DNA of 64,000 nt from Octopus sinensis (GCF_006345805.1 NC_043006.1:24986001-25050000); one strand, 5' to 3'; positions 36,060 through 48,342 are shown, numbered from the stretch's first letter. The notes: generated from the sequence alone by a model not told the origin. Translations and numbers: made by a program.

Positions 36060-37450
36060 ATTGATGAAAAGAGAACTCACCTTCTCAGCAACAGAGTTCA
36101 GTCAATTTTAGATTTTCCTCTCTGCTACTTTGTTGAAACAAACTAAGATAGTTTATTGGCTTGATCAGTTTTTATTGTCAGTTTATTCTTCACTGTTCAG
36201 AACTTCTGCAACCCCTCACTTATGTCCTCCAACATCACAAATAGGATAACACAGGTGGTATTTTCCCATATATTGGAATTTTGGTTGCATGATGCTTCCA
36301 CGAGAGATTTTGAGCTCTCATAAGGAGGCGAGTGTAGGTTCCATCCAACCACCTCTCAAGCTTCTTTGATAACGTCCAGGTTTCTGAGCCATAGAGTAGA
36401 ATTGGTTCGACTGTGGCTTTGAAGATTTTAAATATATGGGAAAATACCACCTGTGTCATCTCTTGTGAAAGGTAGGAGAGTCCAGTTTGCTGGACATTGT
36501 TGTAGAACTGAAAACAAGGCAGTTTCTACTCTTCTCCTCTGGAAGCCATCTACTCGCAATACCAGAGGGCGCACACTCTCCTACCCTGATTTAATCTCCA
36601 GGGATACAGGCATCCAGCAACAGGACCTCCGTAATGCTATGATGGACCGTGAAGTCTGGCGTAGCATAGTAAATTCCATTGTCTCGACCACGGTCAAACA
36701 ATGATGATGATGATGACAAATAGAAAAGCTTATCACTCCTGATGACACAGAGTATGCTTCCTTTAATAAAATCAAGAAACTCCTAGCTGATGCCATCATT
36801 TTGGTTCATCTGAAGCCTGATACACCACATTGCTTGTAGCATTCTTTAGTAGATTGTTAACAGTTCTGCTTTTTCTTTTCTCCAATCAACTCAAACCAGC
36901 CAAAATGGAATACAGTATTTTTAACCAGGAATTGCTAGCAGTGTACCTCAATGTGAAACATTTCCATCACATGCTAAAGGGTTCCATGTTCTCTGTCTAC
37001 ACTGATCACAAACTGCTAACATACACTTGATTTCATTTCTCAATGCACCATAGATATTTGGCACATTAAGGGCTCAGATGTACTTTTTCACATCCACATC
37101 AATGCACTGAACACTGCCTCTTATCAATCTCCAAGAGTTCAGCTGCAGATCAGGATAAAGCTGAAAACTCCTCAAATTTATAGATTCTTTCTCTCTCCCC
37201 TCTTTCAAACTTCCTCTACTCTCTTCTAGTTATATTTGCTGTTACATCTCTGTTAGTCACAAACGTCCCTATGTTCAAAAAAAGAACAGTTACTTGGTTT
37301 TTTTCTGCACATCTTGGTGAAAATCCCATCCTGAAGATAGCAGCCTGTATGGTGTGGGCTGGTATCAACAAAGTTGTATCTCTTGTCAGAAGTTGTATCT
37401 CTTGTTCATCACCATGTTAAATCACCTCTAGGAACTTTTTCAATACTTGA
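36060..37450 (+). mobile_element. Decayed Ty3/gypsy pol (RT end plus RNase H-like), split by an RTE insertion
   Basis: QLKPAKMEYSIFNQELLAVYLNVKHFHHMLKGSMFSVYTDHKLL; upstream FIGLISFYCQFILHCSELLQPLT. Confidence 0.75.
36245..36715 (+). mobile_element. RTE-clade LINE 3' end with inverted 5' segment (twin priming), 8-bp TSD ACAAATAG
   Basis: Minus segment IFKATVEPILLYGSETWTL...KIPIYGKIPPV; plus segment IYGKIPPVSSLVKGRRVQFAGHC...DREVWR; (TGA)n tail; TSD at 36237-36244 and 36716-36723. Confidence 0.85.
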
Positions 37451-38519
37451 TGTACTGTTTCAACATGTGCATATTAACATCATCAGACTACTGCCATTGT
37501 CAAATTATTAGATGGTCACCACTTGCATCTATTGTCATTCTCGACTTCATAATTGTTTTAACTTTTTAACCATTTTTCTGTCATTGGATGTGACAATAAA
37601 AAAATATTTTTGTATTTAAAATTTCAAACAAAAATTTGCATTCAACTCAACTCAGCTAAATCATTTCATTAGTAACAACCCAAAACAGAAATATCTTATT
37701 ACTATAGGATAATGCATAGATACTATCATTATTAAAATGTGAATATAAACTGATAGAGACACTTCTGTAAATGTTAGAATAACATTACAAACAATAACTC
37801 TGAGCACCTTTTCAAACTCCACCCGTCTAACACCCGTGGGCATATTTACAAAGTCAGAAAACAGCACAGCTCCCATGACTTTAGGAAACATTTTTTCACG
37901 CTGAGAGTTGCTGAAGCATAGAACAAACTGCTGGCATCAGTTGTTAGTTGTCGGAGCACTGCATCCTTCAAAACTTCCATACTTTCTGAGATTCGCCAAC
38001 ACTACACCTGATTTTCTCCCCTCCATACACACACAAGCATGTATCTGACTCATACATTGTTCGCTTTCCAGACATTTGTACATTACTGCATACACTTTAT
38101 ATGCACTTTCTGACAAGTTGTGGTGCACCTGAGCACTGTATACAATAATTTCATTATTATATTATTATAAACTGTAATTTTCTAAATTTCTATTGGGAAA
38201 ACGTAAGTATTTAAATGGAAGCATAATAGAAGATTTTATATTCTGCATTATGTTTTTAATATCCTTCTGTACTGGTTTACTTTCCACAGATTGACTTTAA
38301 AGCAAAAACACTTTTATAGTTTATATCTGTAAAATTCAAAGTCAGTTTCAAAATTACTTATTGTGTTTAGGATATGTGAAGTTGTGCAGCATATTTTAAA
38401 GTGCTGCATTACAAATTTAACTCAACTCATCTTTTTCTGTACATCATGATACTAAAAACAAAAACATTTATTACATAAAAGTACATGGTATTAGGTGGCA
38501 GGAGACCAAATATTCTTTT

Positions 38520-38720
38520 CTGCTCTAGGCACAAGGCCCGAAATTTTGGGGGAGGGGCCAGTCGATTAGATTGACTCCAGTATGCACCTGGTACTTAATT
38601 TATCAACCCTGAAAAGATGAAAGGCAAAGTCGATCTCAGTGGAATTTAACCTCAGAACGTAAAGACAGACAAAATACTGCTAAGCATTTCACTCAGCATG
38701 CTAACGTTTCTGCCAGCTTG
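38520..38720 (-). mobile_element. SINE family D
   Basis: Homologous to 3685-3915. Confidence 0.75.
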
Positions 38721-39206
38721 CTGCCTTCAGGAGACCACATATTAACAGTTATCTTTTCCCAGTTTTTTTTTCCTCTTCATTGAAGATTTTAACATTGCTT
38801 TGACAACATGCTCACAAGCTATTGCTTAATCCCTTGTCAGCCCTTGACTGAGTAACTCTCTGATCAAAAGTGTGCTAACCTTTACCATTCCATCTAGAAT
38901 TATATTATTCAAAGTGTCCTTCTTTATTTAACACAATAGAGTGTAATTCAAAGGGCTTTTAATTGCAATTTCTAACATATCAAGCAACCACATAATCTCC
39001 CTCACTAAAGGTTGGCCCTGATTGAGGAGACTTATGATCAAAGGTATTTCAGCATTATCACACCACTTTAGTTTCAAGAACAGTATATCCAGGACTATAT
39101 TATCCAATGTATCCTTTTTTGTAATAACAGGATGTTATTTGAGGGAGATGTTTTATTTACAGTATTTATTATAAGTCTACAGCAGTAAGCAATTTCAAAT
39201 CTTCAG

Positions 39207-39590
39207 AGGCGCAGGAGTGGTAAGTGGCTTGCTTACCAACCACATGGTTCCGGGTTCAGTCCCACTGTGTGGTACCTTGGGCAAGTGTCCTCTACTATAG
39301 CCTCGGGCCAACCAAGGCCTTGTGAGTGGATTTGGTAGACGGAAACTGAAAGAAGCCCGTTGTATATATGTATATATATGCGTGTGTATGTTTGTGTGTC
39401 AGTGTTTGTCCCCCTAGCATTGCTTGACAACCGATGCTGGTGTGTTTATGTCCCCGTAACTTAGCGGTTCAGCAAAAGAGACCGATAGAATAAGTACTGG
39501 GCTTACAAAGAATAAGTCCCGGGGTCGATTTGCTCGACTAAAGGCAGTGCTCCAGTATGGCTGCAGTGAAAATGACTGAAACAAATAAAA
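39207..39590 (+). mobile_element. SINE family A
   Basis: Full-length family match. Confidence 0.9.
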
Positions 39591-39933
39591 AAAAAAAGCG
39601 TATTCACTAATGTTATCACAGTGGCACACAATAAAGACTGTCCCATACATGAAACTGGTAGCCATCTTAAATAATCCTCACCTCATGCAAGCATATAAAA
39701 GGCACACAGTGCTGAACTACACAAGCATAACAATATTACAAGCTGGTTAGATAGTGTGCAGGTTGCTGTTTTGATGAGAAATAGGGGTTTTTTTTTATAA
39801 GTAAGCTTTATTAAAAACAAAATAATTACGCAATCCAAATAGTATTAGAAAGTATTCAAAGTGTAGTAGAATATAAAATGTATAAGGTATTAATGCATTT
39901 TAATTAATGTTTAATGTCAATATTAAAAATCAA

Positions 39934-40252
39934 AGGCGCAGGTGTGGCTGAGTGGTAAGTAGCTTGCTTACCAACCACATGGTCTGGGTTCATACCCACT
40001 ACGTGGCACCTTGGGCAAGTGTCTTCTACTATAGCCTCAGGCCGACCAAAGCCTTGTGAGTGGATTTGAAAGACAGAAACTGAAAGAAACCCATCGTATA
40101 TATGTATCAGCCAAAATTGCAAGGATGATCCAGTTCTTGACTGAAGAATGATGGCTTCGAATGTCCCGTCCGTGTTTTTTCTATCGTCTTCTAAATGTTT
40201 TGTGTTCTTGTCCTAGTTTGTATTTTTTATACACACAGACACACACACACAT

Positions 40253-40284
<32 letters not shown>

Positions 40285-40515
40285 GTATATATATATGTGT
40301 GTGTTTGTGTGTCTGTGTTTGTCCTCCAACATCGTTTGACAACTGATGGTGGTGTGTTTACATCCCTGTAACTTAGCAGTTTGGCAAAAAGAGACCGATA
40401 GAAATAAGTACTAAGCTTCCAAAGAATAAGTCCTTGGGTCAATTTGCTCGACTAAAGGCAGTACTCCAGCATGGCCGCAGTCAAATGACTGAAATGAGTA
40501 AAAGAGTAAAGAGAG
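39934..40515 (+). mobile_element. SINE family A split by a ~190-bp unrelated segment
   Basis: 5' half 39934-40100, 3' half ~40290-40515. Confidence 0.8.
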
Positions 40516-40726
40516 AGTATATAAGTTAAACAACAAATTTGTTACTATTTCTAGTAACTGAGTGGTCATGTATAGGCTTCTTCAATAAGGTGATTGGAAG
40601 AGGGGAAAAATTGCATAAATTCAATCAACTACCCATTCATTTTTTTCTTTTCCTTTTTTTTATTGTTCTCCAAGAATAAATGGATTTATGAACTGAATTT
40701 TTTCTATTTTCTTTGGAATCTTTTAG

Positions 40727-40928
40727 GCTCCACATCAAAGAGATCAAAGACGGCGTGCCACTATAGTGACTTATAACTCAAACTTAAACCAGTCTGTAGA
40801 GTATGATGACAATGGTACCATGTCTGATATAGAAACATCGTCTGCTGGAAACATTCAAAGAGGTCAATATTTAAGATCAAGCCTTCCTATCATTCGTTCC
40901 TCATCAAGTACATTTGAGCGGCCATTAG
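40727..40928 (+). CDS. SRCIN1/KIAA1217: Internal exon A of SRCIN1/KIAA1217-family gene (APHQRDQRRRATIVTYNSN...GQYLRSSLPIIRSSSSTFERPL-G)
   Basis: Polypyrimidine tract and TTTTAG acceptor at 40726, G|GTAAAG donor at 40929, open frame, phase 0 in and phase 1 out. The peptide resembles the KIAA1217/SRCIN1 segment RxSLPxxRS...ERxLG (recalled homology). Confidence 0.9.
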
Positions 40929-41943
40929 GTAAAGTAGAAATTTTGATCTTATTCGTGAACTCCAGATATTGTTGGAACAGATGTTTTCATTTCAATCTTG
41001 AAATTATGAAATTGGAATTGTGTCTATTTTCAGTCAAGTAGAGTAAAGCAAATAGAAAAACATGCACAACTGCATGCTTGGATGCATGACTTTTATTTTA
41101 ACATGACATCGCTTTTACTTTTAAGATACTTTGATCTCAACTTGGGTTGTTATATATTTTTTTAATAATTAATCACCTGTTATTATTTTTGTGAAGGTCT
41201 TGAAAACCCCCCTGACATTAAAAAGTTAAATGAAAATAATAGAACTTGAGCAGCTAAAATATAAAATTAATACTTTTTCAATGTTTGCTTATTTGTTTGT
41301 TTAATTTTCTACTTTCTGCTCATTTCTACCATAAGGAAAGAACAGCATTTAGTATGTTTTATTATCAGTAACATTTTTTTTTATTTCCTTGTGGTCCATC
41401 TATGCTACTGAGTACAACATCCATATTCTTGACAGTTCTTGTAATTTTGCTAATTACATCTGATGCTAATTAGAGGCTTGTATGAGTATAATTTGATGTA
41501 TGACATTTTGACATACTTTACATTTTTTACTCATTATTTTAATTTGCCTTTCATAGTCTTTTACAATTAAGAAAAATGCTTTATTTTTGATAAACATTTC
41601 AAAGAATAGAACAAGTAATAACATTATATAAACTGAGAGAAACGAGGATATTTTTCAACTAATAACATATAAAATGGACATTTTCATGTGTATGAAATTA
41701 AATTCTTTTCTTATGAAGAAAAATTAACTTTCATTGTCCTCCGAAATTTAGAATCTGTTTTTTTTTTTGTACTAAACTATATATATATATCGTTTGGGTA
41801 TGGTAGATGAATTCAGCAAAAATTTTGATTCAGATGAATATGGCACCTAAGTTGAGGCACCAGAATTTAGTATTGTATTATCCATACAATTTCAAAATAA
41901 GGTGATTAAAATCAAAATAAGCAACAAGGATATCCAGAGGTAA

Positions 41944-42029
41944 TGCAGTACGATCGTTTCATGCAATTCCATTTAAATGAACAATGCAACCATTACATCA
42001 ATTTAAATGCAGAGCAATCCTCAGCTGCA
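41944..42029 (-). ncRNA. Type I hammerhead ribozyme motif with extended stem II, most complete copy
   Basis: Minus strand: UGCAG-CUGAGGA-[57-nt irregular hairpin]-GAA-ACGAUCGU-A/CUGCA. 5-bp stem I, intact CUGANGA and GAAA, palindromic stem III, GUA site. Confidence 0.75.
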
Positions 42030-42038
42030 CAAAGACAG

Positions 42039-42255
42039 AATTTAATTAAATTAAAATAGATGGACACATTAGTATAATTTTACTTAAAATCTCCAAGAAG
42101 TTAAGATAGACAAAGAACATGCTACCTTCACTTCAGCTTAGAAGCTACTCTAAGCTGAAGTGAAGGCAGCATGTTCTTTGTCTATCTCCTTAACTTCTCG
42201 GAGATTTTAAGTAAAACTATACTAATTTATCCATCTATTTTAATTTAATTAAATT
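42039..42255. repeat. Hairpin, ~105-bp arms, 6-nt loop
   Basis: ...CTTCACTTCAGCTTAGA-AGCTAC-TCTAAGCTGAAGTGAAG...; the arms are the hammerhead-repeat flank also seen at 30550-30640 and 60940-61010. Confidence 0.92.
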
Positions 42256-42329
42256 TCAAATAAAGAAATCACATGCAGAACGAACAGAGCTGGTACTTCA
42301 TTTAGCAGGCTACAAGAGAGACTGTGGAA

Positions 42330-42720
42330 AAATAGGCATGTTGCTATAAGTGTCAAATGTAAAGTATACCAGGCTATAGTATTTTCTTCCCTGCTGTATG
42401 GAGCTGAAACCTGGACAAGTTACATACATATATGATGAGATAGCTGCAACAATTTATGAATATTATTCTCTTTGACAAGATCAGAAATGAAGAGATCCTT
42501 ATGATAGAAATTTACGTTGGTTGGGCCACATACACAGGATGGACAACAACAGACTCTCCAGACAAATCCTTTTCTCCCAACTATGCAAGGGGAAAATAAA
42601 CCAAGGAAGATTCAGAGATACTACAAAAAGGAACATGAAGTGGAAAGGAATTAGCCATAATAAATGGCAAACCCAAGCAAAAAAAAACTGACCAGTATAG
42701 AGAAAGCTTATAATGAAATA
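42330..42720 (+). mobile_element. Decayed RTE 3' coding remnant
   Basis: KCKVYQAIVFSSLLYGAETWT...WAHIHRMDNNRLSRQILF. Confidence 0.7.
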
Positions 42721-42812
42721 GTAAGGTTTTATCAAGTAATGGTAAGATTTTTGTACAGTTCATTCGAATTCACTTATTTGTTTTTCTTTCATTTTTTCTT
42801 CTTGATTTTCAG

Positions 42813-43011
42813 GGTTAGTTTTTTTAGTCTATAAAGATGAAACTAAAAAAGCATCCTTACCAAATGAAATCACAACATTGGATACTGTCCGGGCTCTCTT
42901 TGTACGGTCATTTGCTGACAAACTCACAATGGAGTTTATGGAATCCCCAAGAAACAAGATTTATATTGTTGATCCACGAACAAATATATATTACCAACTC
43001 GAAGATTTGAG
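42813..43011 (+). CDS. SRCIN1/KIAA1217: Internal exon B (G-LVFLVYKDETKKASLPNEITTLDTVRALFVRSFADKLTMEFMESPRNKIYIVDPRTNIYYQLEDL-R), AIP3-like conserved domain
   Basis: TTTTCAG acceptor at 42812, AG|GTAATG donor at 43012, phase 1 in and phase 2 out matching its neighbours. Close match to the recalled vertebrate motif GVLYLQYGDETK...PNEIT..DTIRALFV.AF...LTM..LESP...IYI.D...N.YY.L.D. Missed by the ORF track. Confidence 0.93.
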
Positions 43012-43239
43012 GTAATGCATATGACTATTTTCTTCATTTTTCATTGAAAATTCTTCACTCTTTTGTATGCTACATTACTCATAAAATTATCTAACTCATT
43101 ATCGTTGGGTCGAATTCAATAGATGTTATCAATATGAATATGTCCTCCCCTCTCTTTTCCAGTGTGAAAAAGTATATCAATATACCAAATTGAAAAATTT
43201 TCACTTTTAAAATTTCAAAATCAGTAACAGCAACAGAAA

Positions 43240-43242
<3 letters not shown>

Positions 43243-43290
<48 letters not shown>
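43243..43290. repeat. (TC)n microsatellite
   Basis: Directly visible. Confidence 0.95.
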
Positions 43291-43292
<2 letters not shown>

Positions 43293-43859
43293 TATATATA
43301 TATATGTCTAACTTATTCTCTCTCTCTCTTTGTCTATCTCTTTCATTTACACTTTCCTCATTGTAAACTTCTCCCTGTCTATATATATTTGTCATACTCC
43401 CCCTTACTCAGTATATATGTATCTTACTCATGCTCTGTGTTTGTATGTGTGAGAGAGAGAGAGCATGTGTATAAGGAATTTCATTAGTGTGACAGAGTAA
43501 AAAAAAAACCCCACAAAACGTCAACAGCAGGCTAAGAAAAGTCTTTACATCTATGCACCAAATGGAAAAACAAAAAGCTTAGTTTACTGAAGCATTATAA
43601 ATTGCCTCCCAAAATGCAGAAATCTGTCTTGATCAAGAGTCCTATCAACTGAAGAACCTAGTGTATATATTTTTATATCCTTCTATTGGATATATAATAT
43701 AATGAAGTGTTGGGGGAAAGAAAGTATTTACACGATGCACTACTATTAATATTACATGAGACTCAATGCTCTCAATCATGGCTCACAGTGAACTGCCTTC
43801 CAACCCAAACTGCCAATCACTCACAGTTCTTTACTTTATAACAGTGAGACAGTCCACTG

Positions 43860-45110
43860 TCTCCCCTTTTTAGAATCAATCTCCCCTATCTTCTCCCCTT
43901 TTGAGAATTGAGCTCCACTCAGAGTTTAATATCTCTTACATTTAGGGTTCAATTCCAGTGTTTCCATTCTTTTCCATTTTCTGATGCTAGAACATGTAAT
44001 TTCAAATTGTTTGGGTGTTGGTACATCAAACGTGTCGTACAATAGTTCTATGGGAATTCCATTTGTTGAGGCTATTTTTTCCATGAATCTCTTTTTTTAA
44101 GTTGGGTAATATGTCTTTTATATTTGACATTTTTACCTTTTACCAGGAATATCATTCTTTCAATTTGTTTAATAATTATACTGTCCTCTCAGCTTTCTTT
44201 ACCATATCTATAAAAAATAACTTTGTCACCTAACTTGAAGAATTTTGAAGTATTTTTGTTGTTCACCTTTTTTATATTTTCACTCAATATCATTTTATGA
44301 AAGACAGATTTGACCTTCATCATTCCTGACGATGTGTTCAGATTAGGTTTTACTTGGTACACTCTTAAAAATTGTTGAAGTGCAAAATCGTCCATCACTT
44401 CATTGTTTGCCTTTTTCAACACCCTCTTGAAACTATCAACAAAATGCTCCACTTGTCTATTTGACCTAAGATGATAGGGCGAAGTGGTGACATGCTTGAT
44501 AACAAGCATTTTGAAAAATTTTCTGGACTCATCTATGGTAAAATGAGTTCCATTATCAGACACAATGGTATCTGGAATATCATATCTGGTGAACAATTCA
44601 TGTAAAAATAACTTATTGTAACTGCAGATGCTGACTTTTTACATTTATGCACTTCCAGCCACTTCGAAAAATTTTCCACCACAACAAGGTAATATGAACC
44701 CTTAAGTGGACCTGCATAATCAACATGCAGCCTGGCCCGTGGTACATCTGTTTTTGGCCACTGTTGCCATTATGTAGTTGGGGCTTTTGCAGCTAAGGCT
44801 CACCCTTTGCATGATTTTGCAGATTCTTCAATGTCGTGGTCCATTGTTGGCCAATGCATGTAACTTTTCATTAATGATTTCATTCTTGAAATCCCTGGGT
44901 GACCAATATGAAATTCCTTTAATAAATGCTTTTGTATTGTGGCTGGCACTACAACTCTTTGTGCCTACATCAACACATTGTCACACAATGATAAATGATT
45001 CACATTCGTGTTGCATATATTTCTATCTCTTTTAGCCTTCAGTATTTCTTTCATTTTTATAAGGAATTTATTGTTTTCCAATTTTAACTTTGTGTCTTGT
45101 AAAGTAACTG
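43860..45110 (-). mobile_element. Ty3/gypsy integrase remnant, same type as 3950-8030
   Basis: IPDTIVSDNGTHFT...HVTTSPYHLRSNRQVEHFVDSFKR; PPT-like CTAAAAAGGGGAG at ~43860-43872(-). Confidence 0.85.
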
Positions 45111-45159
45111 GCAGTTCATGAATGATGTTACACAAAACATTTTTATTTCATTTTCTGCT

Positions 45160-45482
45160 CACAAAGCAGCAATCATGGTCTCTTTTTTGCCAAACCACTA
45201 AGTTATGGGGACGTAAACACACCAGCATCGGTTGTCAAGCAATGTGGGGGGACAAACACAGACACACAAACATGCACATACATATATATATATACATATA
45301 TATATATATACATATATACGACGGGCTTCTTTCAGTTTCTGTCTACCAAATCCACTCACAAGGCTTTGGTCAGCCTGAGGCTATAGTATAAGACACTTAC
45401 CCAAGGTGCCACGCAGTGGGACTGAACCCGGAACCATGTGGTTTGTAAGCAAGCTACTTACCACACAGCCACACCTATGCCT
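45160..45482 (-). mobile_element. SINE family A
   Basis: Family match. Confidence 0.85.
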
Positions 45483-46301
45483 ATGCTGTTTGGAAAAATT
45501 GAAAATCTTAATTAATCTTAATAGATCTGATGAATTCAGGATCAAATGCTCACATTCTATCCATAGAACTTTCTTATACTTTAAACTGATTCTTCAAGCG
45601 CTGGATGTACATTTATGACCCTACAATATAGACCTTAATTAATAGTAATAAGATTCAGGGAATATATTTAGTTAGCCTAGCTCTTCTTAATATTATTAAT
45701 ACTAGTAACTGATTATATTTAAGTTACTTTTGTGTACCCTTAGTTCTAACAACATATACTAGTGATCGTAATCAATATCTATAAAGCTGAAATGTGAACA
45801 GTTTGTTTGTCTCATTTTGCGATTGGAGCGGGTTAAGGGGCACTAGATGGGATCGGATTGGCTCCAAAATTTACAGGGACATGTAAAAAGAGGCGAGGAA
45901 GTGAGTGGACTAGGTTAGAAACCCCTATCTCAAAACCTGTGGTTACTAGGGCAACAAAACCCACATTTTGACAAGTGTTTGTTGTTTCTCTCTTTCGCAT
46001 ATCACCTTGTCTTCCTCCATTTCTCTCTTTCCTTCCTTCCCTCCAATTTCTCTCTATAACGACGTTTGACAGCTTCATCTCTCTGTCACTCTTTCTTCCA
46101 CCACCTCTCTCACTGTATGTCTGTCTGTATCTATAGAGAGAAAGCGTTGACAGCTGAAAATGTTTAAATATTCCCGCCACAGGTCTTTTAGAACAGGGAA
46201 TTATTATCGCCCACTGCCACCACACATCATGACAGATATTATTAATCAGATATATTGTGTTAATTTATAGATATATGTGTAGACATGTATATATAATGCG
46301 T

Positions 46302-47878
46302 ATCATCATCATCATCATCATCATCGTTTAGCGTCCGTTTTCCATGCTAGCATGGGTTGGACGGTTCTACTGGGGTCTGTGAAGCCAGAAGGCTTCATCA
46401 GGCCCAGTCAAATCTGGCAGTGTTTCTACGGCTGGATGCCCTTCCTAACGCCAACCACTCCGTGAGTGTAGTGGGTGCTTTTTACGTGCCACCCGCACTG
46501 GTGCCAGACAGAGCTGGCAAACGGCCACGAACGGATGGTGCTTTTTATGTGCCACCGGCACGAGGGCCAGGCGAGGCTGGCAACGGACACGAAACGGGGC
46601 GGTGCTGGCAACGGTCGCGAAACGGAAAGTTCTCTTACATGCCACCGGCACTGGTAACACATCTGCAATTTCCATTGATCGATTTCCATTGATCGATTTC
46701 GATTCTGATCGTCACTTGCCTCAACGGGTCTTCACAAGCAGAGTTTTGACATGCCACCGGCACTGGTAGCACATCCGCAATTTCCATTGATCGATTTCGA
46801 TTCTGATCCTCACTTGCCTCATCACGTCTTCACAAGTAGAGTTTTGTGTCCCAAGAAGGGAAGGTATGCATACGTAGGCTGGCTCCATCCCATGTAGAAG
46901 GCCACGGGTTATGGACTCACTTGTCCTGCCGGGTCTTCTCGCGCACAGCACACTTCCAGAGGTCTCGGTCTCTAGTCATTTCCTCAGTGAGACCTAAGTT
47001 CGAAGGTCGTGCTTCACCACCACCTCGTCCCAGGTTTTCCTGGGTCTGCCTCTTCCACAGTTCCCTCAACCGCTAGGGTGTGGCACTTTTTCACACAACT
47101 ATCTTCATCCATTCTCGCCACATGACCATACCAGCGCAAACGTCTCTCTTGCTCACCACAACTGATGCTTCTTAGGTCCAGCTTTTCTCTCAAGGTACTT
47201 ACACTCTGCCGAGTGTGAGTACCGGCATTACACATCCATCGGAGCATACTGGCTTCATTTCTAGCGAGCTTACGCATATCCTCAGCAGTCACGGCCCATG
47301 TTTCACTGCCATGTAGCATGGCTGTTCGTATACACGCATCATACAGTCTGCCTTTCACTCACTCTGTGCGAGAGGCCTTTTGTCACCAGTAGAGGTAAGA
47401 GCTCTCTGAACTTTGCCCAAGCTATTCTTACTCTAGCAGTTACACTTTCAGCACACCCGCCCGCTGCTGACTTGGTCACCTAGGTAACGGAAACTATCAA
47501 CTATTTCTAGTTTTTCTCCCTGGAAAGTGACGGAAGTTGGTCTCAGAGCATTTTCAGTGTTTATTGTTCCTGAGCATCTGCCACATACAAAAACCATCTT
47601 CCTAGTTAGCCTTCCTTTGACATTGCTGCATCTCTTATGTGTCCATAGCTTACACTTGGTGCATCTTATAGAGTTTCTACCTACACCTTTTCTACAGATC
47701 GAGCAGGGCCATCTACCTGAAGGTGTTTGTGATTTGTCTACCTTCCTACTGATTACGACTTTGGTTTTAGCTAGATTGACTCTGAGGCCCTTCGATTCTA
47801 ATCCTTGTTTCCACACCTGAAACTTCTCCTCCAGTTCTGATAGCGACTCAGCAATTAGAGCAAGGTCATCAGCATAGA
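46302..47878 (-). mobile_element. 5'-truncated RTE (BovB-like) LINE with Cys-rich insert in RT and ~640-bp 3'UTR
   Basis: WKQGLESKGLRVNLAKTK, CSICRKG..CTKCKLWTHKRC, FRYLGD, AMLHGSETWA, LRWYGHVARM; (ATG)n tail. Confidence 0.92.
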
Positions 47879-47879
47879 G

Positions 47880-48071
47880 GAGCTCCCCTCGTCTGTATCA
47901 CTAGCGATTTTTTTCCCCTGTCTTCCCTTCTCGGGATCTTTCCTTCTCCTATGTTTCCGACGAAGAGCTCCGCTCGAAACGTCAAACCCTCCTTCTTCCC
48001 TTCTTTCCTGAGCGTCCAATAATACTTTATTTGCTCCACGTTTTTTTGTTTTTGTTTTCTTGTTTGGATTA

Positions 48072-48078
<7 letters not shown>
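47880..48078 (+). mobile_element. Short non-coding PLE-type repeat with minimal hammerhead
   Basis: Homologous to 8626-8835. Confidence 0.7.
47953..47987 (+). ncRNA. Minimal type I hammerhead-like motif
   Basis: GUUU-CCGACGA-A-GAGC(UCC)GCUC-GAAAC-GUC/AAAC; loopless ACGU stem III as in dimeric PLE hammerheads; U4C core variant. Confidence 0.6.
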
Positions 48079-48103
<25 letters not shown>

Positions 48104-48342
48104 ATGTGTGCATATATGGTCAGATTGAGCTGCAAATATGCACACCTATGTTAAAAGTGCTAGCAAGTTTGCATGGCAACTTTGAGTTTGCTCAATTGAA
48201 AGGTATGGCCTCCAGGGCAAAATTCCTCATCTTTTAAAATGTGGTCCGTATAGACCCAAATGAAATCGGGTTATAATACCGAAACAAGTAAAACAATAAT
48301 AAACTATTTTAGTCCCAAGCAAGGCCGGGTATATCTGTCTAA

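Noticed and set aside
37740-38130. Possible RTE 3' end on the - strand
   Set aside because: Too degenerate to assign with confidence.
40135-40175. CTGAAGA...TTCGAATGTC motif in the segment splitting a SINE
   Set aside because: GAAA and the stems are incomplete.
40929-41041. Read-through extensions of exon ORFs (also 54455-54643, 55482-55582)
   Set aside because: They lie past strong GT donors and have low-complexity, T-rich intronic composition.
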